Assembly: GCF_009834535.1 (NCBI RefSeq)
Contig: NC_045696.1
Coordinates: forward strand, 64,482,001-64,546,000
Direction: 5' to 3'
Origin: Camelus ferus
Lineage: Eukaryota
DNA length: 64,000 bases
This document shows, one piece after another, positions 11,636-25,039 of this stretch. A program made the position numbers and the translations under genes. Below the pieces are notes generated by a model. The model did not search any database, was not told where the DNA came from, and worked only from the letters and a program-made list of their open reading frames with translations. The stretch's first letter is position 1; each line of letters opens with the position of its first letter.

Positions 11636-14600
11636 CTAGTACTGAAAACATTAATGCCTTCTTGGCTGTATACTTCTTGTGCTAGGGGCTGTGTGAGATA
11701 CTGCCCGCTCAGAATCTCACTTGGTGGCACACTAGCCCTGTGAAGGAAGCCCTTGAAAATGTTCTGCAGATCGGGAACACCTGTCATCACCCCTCCCTCA
11801 CAGTCAATTTGCAAAATCGCCCTTTTGCTTTTCTCTTAAGGATTTGGAGACAGGGAAAGTCAGTGCCTCTAGGATGCTTTTTGGACTCTCCTGTTACATT
11901 TGTTATTTTAATCCAGATGTTCTGTACTGGCTGTCTGCCGCCTGAATTTTGCTTGGAGACTTACCATTAAAAACATACGCACGGTTGAATTAGATGACAA
12001 TAGCTGATACTTCAGGTGACTATTGAAAAAAAAAACCAAACCCTTAGATTTCTGGTTTCTCATGTAAAACTGTGGCTTTACAGGATCTGCCTATCCACAT
12101 ACTGGTATCAAACTACACCCGTTAGCCTGGAAACGATCTTCATTTTTTTCTCCCTATCTCCTTTCTCCATCTCACATTAACTACTAGTCTGAGGTCCCTA
12201 GGAGTATATGCTTTATGGAAGATAGAAAAATAAGTACATTTTAGCATAGAGGTGAAATGCAGTAAGCGTGTGTTGTATTGAATTAAAGTGGGCGGCTTAA
12301 GAAACAGGCCTAGTTTGGGAACAGAACATTTGCTATTTGTGAGGTGACTTGTCCTCGTGGTGCTTTATGTGCAGGTGGGCACATAGGGCTCAATCTGTTA
12401 CATAAGGGAAGAAGGGCCCTGTCCCTCGCCATGAAGGTCTGGGATTCATCAGAAGTTCAAAGGGGACATACACAAACCTACTCTTGATAAACTTGTACTG
12501 CCCAGCATTTGGGAATATGAAGTTACAATATTTTCTTTAAAACAAATCCAAAATTTCATGCATTAAATGAGATAATGTCTGTGAAAGCGTTTTCCCTATT
12601 GTTGGATGTTGAGCCAATAAGTTATTGGAGATGTTCTGAGAGCATTGTCCCCTTACTACCATTTCAAGCTTAGGACAGACTTTGAAATCTCTGCTTGCTG
12701 CTGCTTTGTCCCTGGCTTGACAAGCCACTTGCCTCTCTGAGCCAGTTCCATATGTGTATATAAACGTGGCTAATGTTGTCTCCCAGCACCCAGGACAGTG
12801 CCTGGCAAGGAGAAGATGTTCCATATTTTTACTGGATACGTGAGTGAATAAATACATGAATATGGTGATGGTGACTTTTGAGACCTTACTGAGCTAATGC
12901 ATATAAAGCCTCAAGCAGAGTGTCAGTATATATTAGACAGCTTGCAGTTTTTAGTTTAGGCTGGTTTTTAAAAACTTCCTCCTGCACATACGCTAGGGGA
13001 TGATCATGTTCTTGGAGGAAGGAAACTGAGGGCTTGCAGGTATGCCAGCAGGCAGGTGACGGGAACCACAGAGTCCCAGCTACATGGGAGCCTGGACGGA
13101 GAGAAACTCCTACCACTGCCAGAGCTGCCTTGATGCTCTGATCCCGGTCCTTTCCCATCCAGAGCATGCCGTAGACAAATGGTTAGGCACCGGCAAGATG
13201 AGTTCAGACATAAGGAATTCTGAACCTGGAGGTTAAAACTATCAGAAATAAAACATCAGGTCTGGAAGGGCCCTTAACAGTCATCAGGCTCAACACTTTG
13301 TTTTTCCAAAAGCTGTGTAGAGATGTGTAAAGAACAAAGAGCAAGGACTTTGGGCAGTCCTTGATCTAAATCCCTGCTTTCTCTTTTCCTATCTAAATGT
13401 TGGCATGAGTCTTAACTTCCTTGACCCTCGGGGCAATTCATTGGATGTTTGTGAGATTGAATTAAGTATAAAACATTCTTAGCACAACGTCTGGCATGTA
13501 GTTGGTACCAAAGAAAAATGGCTACCATCATTGTCATGGAAGGAAATGGAAGCCCAGAGAGATGGGAATCGTTGGTCAAAGTTGCCAGCTATGGGGGTGG
13601 AGCTGGTGCGGACATCCCCTGATGTGGGTGTGTGCTGGGAAGAGGAAGGAGGTGCGTACTTATGTCCAAGACTGAGTTGTCTCTTTTGGGGAGTGAGCTA
13701 AGATAACAAGTTTAGGAACATCAAGGCAGGACCTTACTTACCTATTTGAGGTAAAATGGCTCGCCCAGTTAATTTGAGCAGGAAGCTTCCAGTGGAACAT
13801 TCAGAAGATGATGTGTGTTTTGTACTCTAAATAAATCTTTGGTTTCATCTTCCTCTGAGTGGTGCCCTTTTTTCTTGAGATAAGCTGTTAAGAAATGCTG
13901 AAAATTACCTCTAAAAATGCAAGAACTTTGAGCCTGTCGCCATCATTTCTTCCCCACACAAGACAGTCTTTGAATTTTTATTATTAATATTTTAAAATCA
14001 CCATTCTTTCTCCCTCTCCCCATCGCTCTGCCTGGACCTGGTATTTCTGAGAGGTCTGCACATCCTGTCATGTTACCCACCTGCCATGGGAGAGGTGAGG
14101 GTGGCCATTATGACTTCATGCCATGTTCTCGTCTCAGGTCGTTTTTGCTGAAATTCACTTATTTCAAAGGTTTTTACAAGAAAGCACAATCACTTGGCTC
14201 CATGACTTTTAGAATTTATGAGTTTGTACCTGTGCAGTCAGGAAGAGGCATGGTTTGCCAACTGTTAACTTTATGGGTAAGGTTTTTCCCCCTTAATCAT
14301 TGTTTACAAAACAGATCGAATGAGACGGTTTTCAATACCCAGAACATTATTCAGGAAGCTCAGGTTTACCTTTTGTCACCAAGCCCCATCAGGCACTAAA
14401 AAGCTAAGCCCTGCCACCCTCTGAAACTCAGGCTTTCTTTAAAGGACAAGTACAAACCCTTTGTTTATCTAGTATCTTGAATTTTTAGGATTCACTCAGG
14501 TTGTGATTTCCCTAAGTCTATAGAGTTGAACACAGTAGGAAAAATTTTCATAGTCCCTTTGATTTCTAATGGATATTTCCCTTGGTAACTGTGATCTGTG

Positions 14601-15797
14601 AAAATAGACTATCTACACAATGATGAGACTTTTTGTTTACACATTACTTTACCATCAACACAGGACTTTAATGTATTCAGCCTTCATACTTCTCCTGTGA
14701 TGGAGGCAGAGACATTTCTTCAGTTACTTATTCCAAGGAATTGTTTTCAGAAACACCAAGGGAATGCCAAGAAAAGGTTGCTCTTGTTTCTGTGTGTTCT
14801 GGAAATAAAGAAAAATAAAAAGAAATGTTTTTCTGACTACTCATAGTTTCAGAAATAGCATTAGACATTTGTTTCTTGAAACCTATCCTTTACAGAGAAG
14901 ATCAGACATTTCTGAAGTCCAAACTTTGAATTCTTTCGAGTTTCTTACCAATTCAGCGGCATGTTTATAATTTTGTTAAGCAGGGTGTCAGCTCTCTGGA
15001 TGTGGGTATTCAGGACTTGAAGTCTTTTTATCAAAAGTTTTTGGACTGCATTTAATCTTAGAAATGGTAGAATTATTTTTCATTATGGGTGGAAAATTTT
15101 ACCATCATGTTTTACCATTGTACATGTTGCAAACAGCCCACAAAACACTTTTCAGGTCTTCGTACTCTGGATGCATGGCTTTCTTTTTTGCTTCTCTGTG
15201 ACTTATTTTGGGTGACAGCTTTGGGCTTGAGCCACCCTGGAACAAGTGTATAGAAACTGTTTTGGGACGTGTTTATCATCCTGTGCCACGCTCTAGGGCC
15301 TGGCCTGGACAGGTGTCTTGTACTTTTCCTACAGGCTGCAGTCTTGAGGAAATGTTTCTGGGACAAGATGCAATGAGATTTTTACAAAGAGTAACATGTA
15401 TGAAGTAAAACTTAAGGATTAAGTGCAAACTCAGAGATTCAGGGCCAAGGAACCTCTCAGAATAACTAGTCCATTAAGTTCTCCTCCCTGGGGAGCTCCA
15501 GCTGTCTGGGTCTCTGCATGCCAGTCATTCCAAGCTCCTCACTGGTTTCAGCTCTCACTACGCCTCAGTGCTTAGTTTATTTTTTATTTTTTCCTTCTTC
15601 ATGTATAAGTACCAGCATTTCAAAGCCCAGCCTGAAAAACTTCTTAATGGAGACTTCTTTAATTCTTTTGTCAGACGTATTCCCTCTGCCTGCTCTGAAC
15701 AGAATTATAAGGGGTATGTGTATGTGTGTGTGTGTTTATGTCAACTGAAAAAATGAGTTTTAATTTATCTGCTGGTGACTTTTCCACTGGTCTGTTT

Positions 15798-16137
15798 TTA
15801 AAAAAAATTTTACTTGTCAGTTTCCAATGTTATGTCCATTTCTGGTGTACAGCCTAATGTTTCAATCATGCATATACATACATAATTTCCTTTTCATATT
15901 CTTTTTCATTATAGGTTACTGCAAGTTACTGAATATAGTTCCCTGTGCTATACAGTAGAAACTTGTTTTTTGTTTATTTTATATACAGTAGTTAGTATCT
16001 GCAAATCCCAAACTCCCAATTTATCCCTTCCCACCCCTTTTTCCCCCCTCATAACCATAAGTTTATTTTCTATGTCTGTGAGTCTGTTTCTGTTTTGTAA
16101 ATAAGTTGACTTTTGTCTTTTTTTTTTTTATTGCACA
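15798..16137 (-). mobile_element. 5'-truncated artiodactyl-type L1 3' UTR with TSD
   Basis: TTCTGGTGTACAG...GAATATAGTTCCCTGTGCTATACAGTAG...TGTCTGTGAGTCTGTTTCTGTTTTGTAAATAAGTT. Flanking direct repeat TGGTCTGTTT at 15788-15797 and 16138-16147. Confidence 0.9.
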
Positions 16138-17237
16138 TGGTCTGTTTGTTGAAGGCTGGGTGTGGGTTTCTTCCGTACCCCTCCCATGGCTGGTCCCTGC
16201 CATGCGTGTGTGGATGGTGAGGGAGGGGCGTGGTCTGAGCCATTTCTCTAGACCTTGGATAGATTGGACCTGGAGTTCACAAGGCAGAGGGCTAGTGCCT
16301 TCTCTTGCAACATCATTCCCTGCTGAGAGAAGCAAGAATGAACCCTTTAGGAAAAATATTTGCAAAGAGGGGAGGGATTTAGAAGCTTATAATTAAATTT
16401 CAGAAGACAATGAGTGAAGACAAAGCATTTTAAGTGAAATAATTAGTGTAAACTGCTTAGTGCTTGCCTAGCACTTAACAACCTCTCGGGGAACTGTGAG
16501 ATGGTATGGTAATGGCTTAATCACATATCACACTGGCTAAAGGAGGGAATCCTCGATTATAAATTATAATCCCTGCCCTCTGGGCATGCCTCATCTAACA
16601 GATAATAGAGCAGTCTCTGAGGACAGAAGACTCTGTCCTCAAGTCTACCTGATGACCATAAAGCATTAGATGAACTAATTGTATTTGTGGATTGGAGTTT
16701 TTTACATGTAGACATTCTTTAAAAAAATTTTCTTTAGTTCTTCAGAGATTTGATGGTTGTTTAGGAACGTGTGTGCTGAAATGGGTTTTGTTTCTTTTAT
16801 CAGATGGAATTTACTAGAGTTTCCAAGATATTTTGATCTTTTAACCTCACAGCTTGTTAATGATTCCCAAGTCTTGCCTCGGCCTCTGAGCTTTGACTTC
16901 TAGACAGATTTCTTTGGTTTAGACATTACTTAATAGATTTAAAAGCAGACATCTAGCAGGGTGGTAATTTTTCCTTGTTTATTGAATTTAGGTGTACAGG
17001 ACTGGCCCTGAAAAACCAAACTTAATTCCTGGGATTCTTCTGTTTTCGTCCTGTCGTCTGTCTTGGTGGTTACCGCTGAATGAGTAGTGGTGCCTGGCGC
17101 TGCAGTGCAAAGGGGTGGGGATACCTTTCTCCAGAACAGAGCAGCAGTGTTGATGCCCTTTTGGCCCCTAAAGATGCCGTCTAAACAAAGCTTTTCTGGC
17201 CTCTCCGCTTGCAAACACTTGCTTGCTGCCTGCAAGC

Positions 17238-17397
17238 CTTACTACTCAATGTGTGACTCCTGGACTGGTAGCATCACCTGGGAGCTTGCTAGAAATGTAG
17301 CATCTCAGGCCCTACCCTGGTCCTGCTGAACAGAAACCGCATTTTAACAAGGTCCCAAGGTGACTATGCACGTGCATTCAAGTTGGAGAAGCACTGT
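17238..17397. mobile_element. MER5-family hAT MITE
   Basis: AGCATCACCTGGGAGCTTGCTAGAAATG...GCATTTTAACAAG...AAGTTGGAGAAGCACTG. Confidence 0.8.
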
Positions 17398-17544
17398 CCG
17401 TTCTAGAACTACAGCAGGTGAAGTAGGTCTCAGAACCTGTTAGCATTTGAAAAATAAGCTGCTTTTCATTTCTACTTAAAAGTAAAACAGCTGGTGAAGT
17501 AATAAATTTGGTTGGGGTGGTTTGCGCTAAAGCCCTGTTGAAAT

Positions 17545-17855
17545 TTTTTTATTTGGGAGAACTTTAAAAATATAAAATATATTTGGGGGAACTTCAAAAA
17601 TATAAAAGACCAGTGAAATGAATCCCCGCTTCCCCATCACTTAGCTTCTGTTGTTATCAACTCAACTGGTTTTGTTTCATCAGTAACCTCCACCCTCCCA
17701 CCCTGGATTATTCTAAAACAAATCCCAGAGCTATAATTTTCCCCTAAATTTTTTTTTTTCCTTTTTCAAACTTTGTGGTAAAATTTATAGAAAATAAAAT
17801 TTACCAACATAACCATTCACAGTTCAGTGGTGCTAGGTACTCCATTCACATTATG
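17545..17855 (-). mobile_element. Two old L1 (L1M-type) 3' fragments
   Basis: CCCATCACTTAGCTTC...GGATTATTCTAAAACAAATCCCAGA and TTGTGGTAAAAT...AAAATTTACCA...CAGTTCAGTGG. Includes a ~30-bp tandem duplication at 17551-17607. Confidence 0.65.
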
Positions 17856-20800
17856 AAAATGATTTAACTGGTGGGGTTCAAGACTCAAAAAAAAAAAAAT
17901 GAAAAGCAACCACTTGGGAAGTGTGTGGGATTATCCAAAATTTCAGCTACTCTTCTCTGCCCTGGCCACCTTATCTATGTAGATTCTGGTGATGTTCCAA
18001 AGAGTTATAGGTTGGCCAGGGCCGTTTGTGATTTTTATTGCAATTTATAGTGCTGCTGCTTCCAAGGAAGCTTTGAGGTGGCAAAGTCCCATCTCTGCCG
18101 TGGCCTTGAAAGCATCTTGCATTCCCAGAGCCTGCACACGGCTCTCATTCTCATTTCTGGCTGTCCCAGGCCTGGACAGCTCTCCTCCTGAGTCCTCTGA
18201 GACAGATGGTGTTTTGAAAGATCAGTGAGGAAGGGGCTTCTCGGAGAACTCTTTCATGTTTAATCACTTGTCCCTTCAGAATGGCCTTCCACACATCCGG
18301 GTTTTCCTGCTGTGCACGTGGAGGCCACTGATCAGTGGTCTTATCATAATAATCCTTGCCTCGAGGGTGTGATAAAGGTCACAGATGTGATATTTATTCA
18401 TGAGCACAGTATAGAACTGAAACCGATCGCTGACCGTGTTCTTTCTGGCAACAAGGATGGTTTTGGCTTTTCAACCAAGATACGTGTGCTGGGGGTGGGA
18501 GCAGAAATGTTGTTAATTGAGCCTCATTGACAAAAATGGTAGACTGTGTCTTGCCGAGAGTTTAAGTAAGGTGCTGTTTTTCTGCAGGGTGTCTAGCGTC
18601 AAGGTCCCTTCGTTGTGGATGTTTTATTGTTTGTAATTAAATCGAGCTTATAGTCTTATCCAGGACCTGAAGACAGCCCGAAGGTCTGCCTCTCGTCTAA
18701 TGTAACCTTTGCTGCTGTGATTTTAATTTCCTCACAGAACCAATTTTTGTTCTCTTAATCATATTTATTGCCCTTATCGCAATTCTCAAATATCTCTAAT
18801 CTTCGAGAAACATATATAATTATCGTTGAAGGGTCTGAATTGGGCCAGATGGAGCAGAAGAATTGCCTCCTGACTCTTGCATGTCACTAAATCTTTCTGT
18901 ATCAGATTTTACCTCTTTGGAGTAGGAATGATACTCTGTCCTTTCCTATCTCTACGTGATTCATGGATTTGTCCTCTCACTTAGCTACTCATCAGATATT
19001 TATTGAGCTCCTCCTCTGTCTGGGGTGCTGCGTTGGGTGCTATGGGAGAGACAGAGTCATGGGAAGAGGGGAAGTGGACACAGACACACAGGTGCTGAGA
19101 TAGACAGATTCTCAGTGCAGCCTCAGAACGTGTGTTTTACTTTATCAGGATGCAGCAGTGGCCGGTTTTAAAACAAACCGATGTAACTCTATTTCCCTCA
19201 ACCCCCTAGCTCTGCTGTAGTTCACTTTGCCAATTGCAGATAGTTACAAGCGAGAGATGGTTAGTGCAAAATCACAGAATGAGTTACTATGTTTGAATGG
19301 TGTTTGAACTTGAGGTCTATTATTGGGAGATAAACAATAGTAACTAAGGAAATGCAGTACAATTCCACATTAACCTCACTGCATAGACTCTGGACCCTAA
19401 CTTTGAAAGGCAAGGGAATGTCTCATCTGAAGGATCTGATATATCCCCATGCTAAAGGCTTTGGTCCTGGTTTTTCATGCATGGGAACCTGTGTCCTTAT
19501 GTATCTAAGTGATTTTGACTCATGTCCAGCTCCTTTGCTGTGACAAGGGGTCTCAGATGCCCAAAGACAACCGTACAAACAGACCGAGCCCGAGAGGATT
19601 GTGAGATTTCATCCAGATTGGACTGTTGCCTTCAGGCAGCAGCACCACCATCATTACAAACGAAATACCCTCCTGTCCGTGTCTCCCACAGTAGATGCCT
19701 CTCTGGAAAACGGAGGTGGCAGGAACAGAGGTGAATTAACTTTCAAGTCAGGGAACTATTTAGTAATTAAAGAACTTTGGAGCTGGAAACTGGCATTCAG
19801 AGAGAAGTGAGAAGTGACTTTCCTCGTATTACAGCAGCGTCCCTGGGACTGACATTTCAGTCTCCTGACCCTTCCTACTGAACTAGAGCAGACACAGCTG
19901 CTGTGTAATGTTTCTAGGTGCCTTCTAAAGGATTGTTTCCTTTTCCCCCTTCTTTTAGGGAATGCCAAAGATTTACAGTCTTGATAATAAATACTAAACC
20001 TAGCTGTGACCTAAGCTAGAGGCGGTCTCTTTGATTCCCTGTACCTTGGTATCTCTTCATATCTGTCACCTCTACTACCCTTTCTAGCCTAATTATAAAT
20101 GTTTATGAGTATGTTTTACTTGCATGTGAGGTTAGAAACTAGATCTTTTTTCTTTTATTTCTCTTGTCAGTGTATATATATTTTTAAAGTTATAAACATG
20201 ACTCATACAGATATAAAATGAGCATGCCAAAGAAGTATTTAACTCATAAATGAGGGAACCAGTAGGGAAACAAAGCGGGTTCAAAGAGCATTTGAACAGC
20301 TGTGTAGTTATAGGTACTGAAGAATATTGGAATAAGATTGCTAGGTTAGATACAAAACTGGTTAATATCCTGCAGGGCAATAAAGCAGTAACAATTGGGG
20401 CTCACATTTCTACCAATTAGAAATCATCTGCATCTATAATGGATGAGAATCACAAGTTAATGTGTAACTTCACAACGTCTGTACCCAAATCGTTGGTAAT
20501 TAGCACCAACCACAAGTAGAACTCCTAGAGAACCAACTAATCCCTGAGTGTGCCTGCTAGATAACGCTCGAGTATGGTGTTAAAAGCACGTGCTGCCCTC
20601 CTTTCGCCTTACTTCTAAGCATTGCATGCTGTTTTCTAATATCCTTAGCGTCATTGCACTTAGCCAAGGAGCGTATGAGTTCACTCATGTGTTCATCTTG
20701 CTTAATAATTACTGAATGTCAGTTTTGTGCCAAGCAGTAGAATAGGCATTAGCAACATATAACTGAATGAGACATGATCCTTGCTCTCACCTTGGAGGCT

Positions 20801-21429
20801 ACTCCAGTGACATCCTAAAAGGGAGACAGGGAGTTCTTTTCGGGAATCAGAAGCAATGGGAATGATCTTTGTTGGCTTGCAATCCCTTTGGGTCTCAGTG
20901 CTTATTTATAAGACTAGATGAAAGGCAAACACCAGAGAACGACAGCCAGAGCCCAGTGCCCTTTGGGGCAGTAGCACACCAACGTTGATGCCACTGGCTT
21001 CTGTTCATGTTGCATTTATACTTTTCTAGTGATGCAATTTCACAAGATCAAGATTTTGTCATCTGCCTTGGAGGGCTCCCACTGGCCCATCCTGCTGGGT
21101 TTGCCTCCACAGATACTGATTTGCTTACTCCGAGCTTAATCAGTTTGTGACAAAACCTTCAGCAACTTCTGTAGCAAAGACCTGTTGGAGAGGCTGCTTC
21201 TCCCCAGCAGGGTTTTGGTAACTGACAGCTCAAACTTCATGCTTGTCAGTACAGGCTTCTTACAGCAAATATATCCATTCATTAGCCTTTGTTCTCATGA
21301 TGAGTCACTATCAGATCTGAGACTTTCGTCTAGTATTGGGTTCCTTCTTTTATTATGGTGGTTCTCCTTTGGATTCATGGGTGGGATATAGAAGTCCAGA
21401 GAGCATACTTTTTGAGTTTGCATTTTTGT

Positions 21430-21620
21430 ATCTTTTTACAAAGATAGATGCTTTATTATAGAAAATCCAATTGATACTGAAAGATATTAAGAAGACAGCA
21501 AAAATCCTCTGACATCTCAGCACCCAGAAATAATTATCCTGAACATTTTTGGGAACATCCTTCCAGGCAATCCTCTATATAAATATATACATTTGTATCT
21601 ATCTTAGTATACAGACACAG
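21430..21620 (-). mobile_element. Ancient L1ME-like 3' fragment
   Basis: TTTATTATAGAAAAT...CACCCAGAAATAA...AACATTTTTGGGAACATCCTTCCAG. Confidence 0.55.
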
Positions 21621-21869
21621 ATGTATCTAACTCTTTGTAATTTCAGTAAACGAGAATAGCAACATTTTTCTTGCAATTAATTTTCCTTTAATCTGAAAAA
21701 ACGATTATCAACTCATTTTAAGTACAGATGGAAATATTTCCCTATTGGCAAACTTTACTCATATTAATTTTTACTCATGTTAACGTATTCCCAGTAATAT
21801 AAGTTAAACTTTTGCTATCCTTAAGTTTAATCATCAATATAAAGGCAGGTTATGTCTTTGAAGAGGTGC

Positions 21870-22258
21870 TGTGCTGGCTGTAGAGATGGGGCACTCAGGT
21901 CCCCTTTGAAGGAAAGGTATGCTGACAGTGGCACAGAGCGTGGTCTGCAGACAGCCCTGCACTACCTGTCAGCTCCGTGAGGGACCCCTGGGCTGGGCCA
22001 CACAGAAAGCTGCACATCCTAAGGACATGTCCTTCCTGGGGCACCTGCATTGGGGTGACATCTGGTGACACGGAGTATGAAGGCTCCCCGGACACCAGAA
22101 TGCCCCCACTGATAGGCTGAGGTTTGGGTTGCTTTGCAGTCCCACCTCTGCCCACTCCTGCATCCTCCTCCTCCCTTTACAAGGGTTCATCCCTAATAAG
22201 TGTCTTCAACCCCAGATTCCATCTCAGCTTCTGCTTCTGGAGAACCCAACTTGCGGTC
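21870..22258 (+). mobile_element. ERVL solo LTR (LTR16-like)
   Basis: Ends in CCCTAATAAG...TCCATCTCAGCTTCTGCTTCTGGAGAACCCAAC, as recalled for LTR16/LTR33-type 3' ends. Confidence 0.6.
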
Positions 22259-23734
22259 GCAGATACTACTGTGTGTTTGTAAAGTGGTTCAGGAGCCACT
22301 GATGCAGCAGGAACGCCTCCTGCAGCCCCTCCTGCGAGCTAGTGGAATCCTAGCGAGCTCAGGATCTCCTAATCCAACCCTTGTCTCTCCACTCCTCCTC
22401 CGAGGTTTGGCGTTTGAAGAATTTGGCTTTGAGCAAGCTGACTGCTCTGTGGGTTTAAGGGAAAGCTTAAAAGGCTTTCTTGCTATGAGATATTCTTGGC
22501 AATGAAGATCTATTTTAATTGTTTATGACATTAACCAGTTAAAGATTCATCTGCTTTGGGAGAAATTTCTCTAGAACTGTTGAAAGCTCCTGCCTAAGAA
22601 TTGATTAAGGAGATTTTTTTTTTTTTTTTTTTTTGCCTCCAGCAGATACCCCCTTCTTCCAACCTGCTGCACGATGATTGGTTTCCTGTCTTGAGATGTC
22701 CTATTTGCATAATCTCTGCAATCACTGTTTAATTTCCAGCAGAAATTATAATCTCACTAATCAGCTAGAAGGGAATCTGGAGATAGAAGATGGAGGAAGC
22801 AGTGAACGCCTTTTTGAGGCCTGATGGGGGTTTGTTCCAGTCACTGTCTTTGCTCAACAGCTTTGTCATCTTGGTTGATGTTGGGAGCATCCGTGGGCCC
22901 TGCCTCTCCATCTTCTCAAGGTCCCCCTGGAGACTTTCATTTCAAGACTGTTTGTACTGCCAGCCCTTGTGCCAGTGGCATCTGGCTTAAAAAGAACCCC
23001 ATGTGCTCTGTGGTCCCTTGGAATGTCTCCTTTCTCTTTAATAAGTACCACTGCGGGCAGAGAGAGTCCTTCTTCACCTCCCCTCCTAACCCCTAAGACG
23101 CAGTTTATTTTGGTGCCTTTAACCTTCAGCCTCAGCCAGCAACCACTGTGTGTATTTTAGAATCGAAGTGAATTTTAGGGAGATAAAGAATGCCTGCTGG
23201 AAGTTTGATCATTGCTTATCTAGGACCTCATTCTGTCTCTTTTGGGGGGATGGGGGGTGTCCTTTAGAATTTGGCTGACACAGTGACCTCGTTCTTTAGC
23301 GCAAATTGCCCACCACGTGATCAGTGTGCATGCAGCTAGGGCTGAAGAGGGGAATTGGAATTCTCATAGTAAGGTCTGCAAGACATAGTTCATATAAATG
23401 CAGACATTCAAAAGCCTCCCTTGCTTAATGGATGTCTTTTGAAGGCTATACAAAAAGTTAGTTTTTCCTGAAAGGGCAAACTGGACCAGAAGATGCTGCT
23501 GAATAAGTCTTTATTCTATAGAAGGTAATAGGCAAAGACCTGATACCAAAGAATTTGTTAAGCTTTTTATTTCTGGTCCAATTTTCTCTGTAGGAGGAGA
23601 AAGGTCTATAAAGTCACTCATCTGTGTCCACCTTTTTTATAACTTAGTCCTGCCACTGACTTTGCCTGGGGGAAGAGGACTTAAAAGTAGATAGTACACC
23701 ATAGAGTCAAGCCTTTTAAAGTCTTTTAGTTCAC

Positions 23735-23912
23735 TTTATTTGTTTATTTTTTTTAGATTTTTTGTTATTTTTATTTAAAAAAATTTTGGAGAGGTAATTA
23801 GGTTTATTGATTTATTTATTTTGTTATTAATTTTTTAATGGAGGTACTGGGGATTGAACCCAGGACCTCGTGCATGCTAAGCAGGACACTCTACCACTGA
23901 GCTCTCTGCCCC
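23735..23912 (-). mobile_element. tRNA-derived SINE (camelid Vic-1-like)
   Basis: Reverse strand reads AGCTCAGTGGTAGAGTG...CTTAGCATGCACGAGGTCCTGGGTTCAATCCCCAGTACCTCCA, with Pol III A and B boxes, then an A-rich tail containing AATAAACCTAATTACCTC. Confidence 0.9.
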
Positions 23913-25039
23913 TACTTTTTTCATTTTGGGTGTTGGGAGATGGGAAAAAGAGGAGGGACTGTCTGAAGGTAAACATTAGTTGGGGCACAGTCCCTACCTA
24001 ATTTCATGTTTTCTCTCTACCATCATGCTACTTCTCTGTGTTTTTTTTTTTTTTTTCCTTTTTCAACAATAGGTTTGTGTGAAAGGGAGGTTGTGATTTA
24101 CTTGAGAACCCCACATTCCCAACAGCTGATATTTTTGGCCCTTCCAAGTTTGGACAACAAAAATACCCATCCGAATTTAGTCATGGAAATCGCCGGAGAG
24201 AAAGATGTGCAAAACCAATGCAACAATCTGGAATACTTGTGTGTGAGTTTACCAAACCCTCAGTCCCTGATCTGAGTAGTCTGGTGTCACTCAGTTGTTA
24301 TTCTTGTTAATAAAGATGCATTGGCTGGGAGTTTGAGCTAGATTGAATCCTGAGCAAACATTTGAGTAACTACAGATAAATGTTGTAAAATGTGTTATGT
24401 ACACTAACTATACGTAAATGATGTGTATTTGGGTAATTACAGATCAAGTGTGGACCATGGGAAGATCTCTGTGTGAAGCCTTGTGGGAGGACAGTGAGAT
24501 GAGTTGGCCTTTGGTGTCACTTATGTGGATGGCGGGGAAGCCTTTGTGGATGACTTTATATTTGAGATGGGCCGAGCTCAGAGTAGGGAACTGGGAGTGG
24601 CACTAAAGAAAATTTCAGAAATTGAGAAAGTATGCACATGACGTATTTCGTGGAAGGTAACTGGTTTGAAATGGTTCTGAACACTCAGAATAATTGTCAG
24701 ATTTCATTACTTTGAAAGCTTAATTTCAGGATTTTTAAAAAAAGCTATGACCTAGGTAGTTTTAGGTAGTTGTGGGTATTCCTTTAAAGATGACCTTGGA
24801 ATCATCTGGAATGACTTGAGGATAATACAGCTTGAATACACCCCAAATAATAGATATGGTAATCTCAGAATTCTTTCCGTCTCCTAAGTTAGAACTCTAA
24901 GAAAATACAAGTGTGCAGGCAAGGCCCTTTTGGAGTCCTCGGGGTCCTGGCTGAGATGAATCCCACTAGTGCAGCCCTCAGGCTTGCCTGAAAGTTGGTT
25001 GCGTTTCACCCTCCCCTTTCACTTCTTCTCTTTCTCTTT

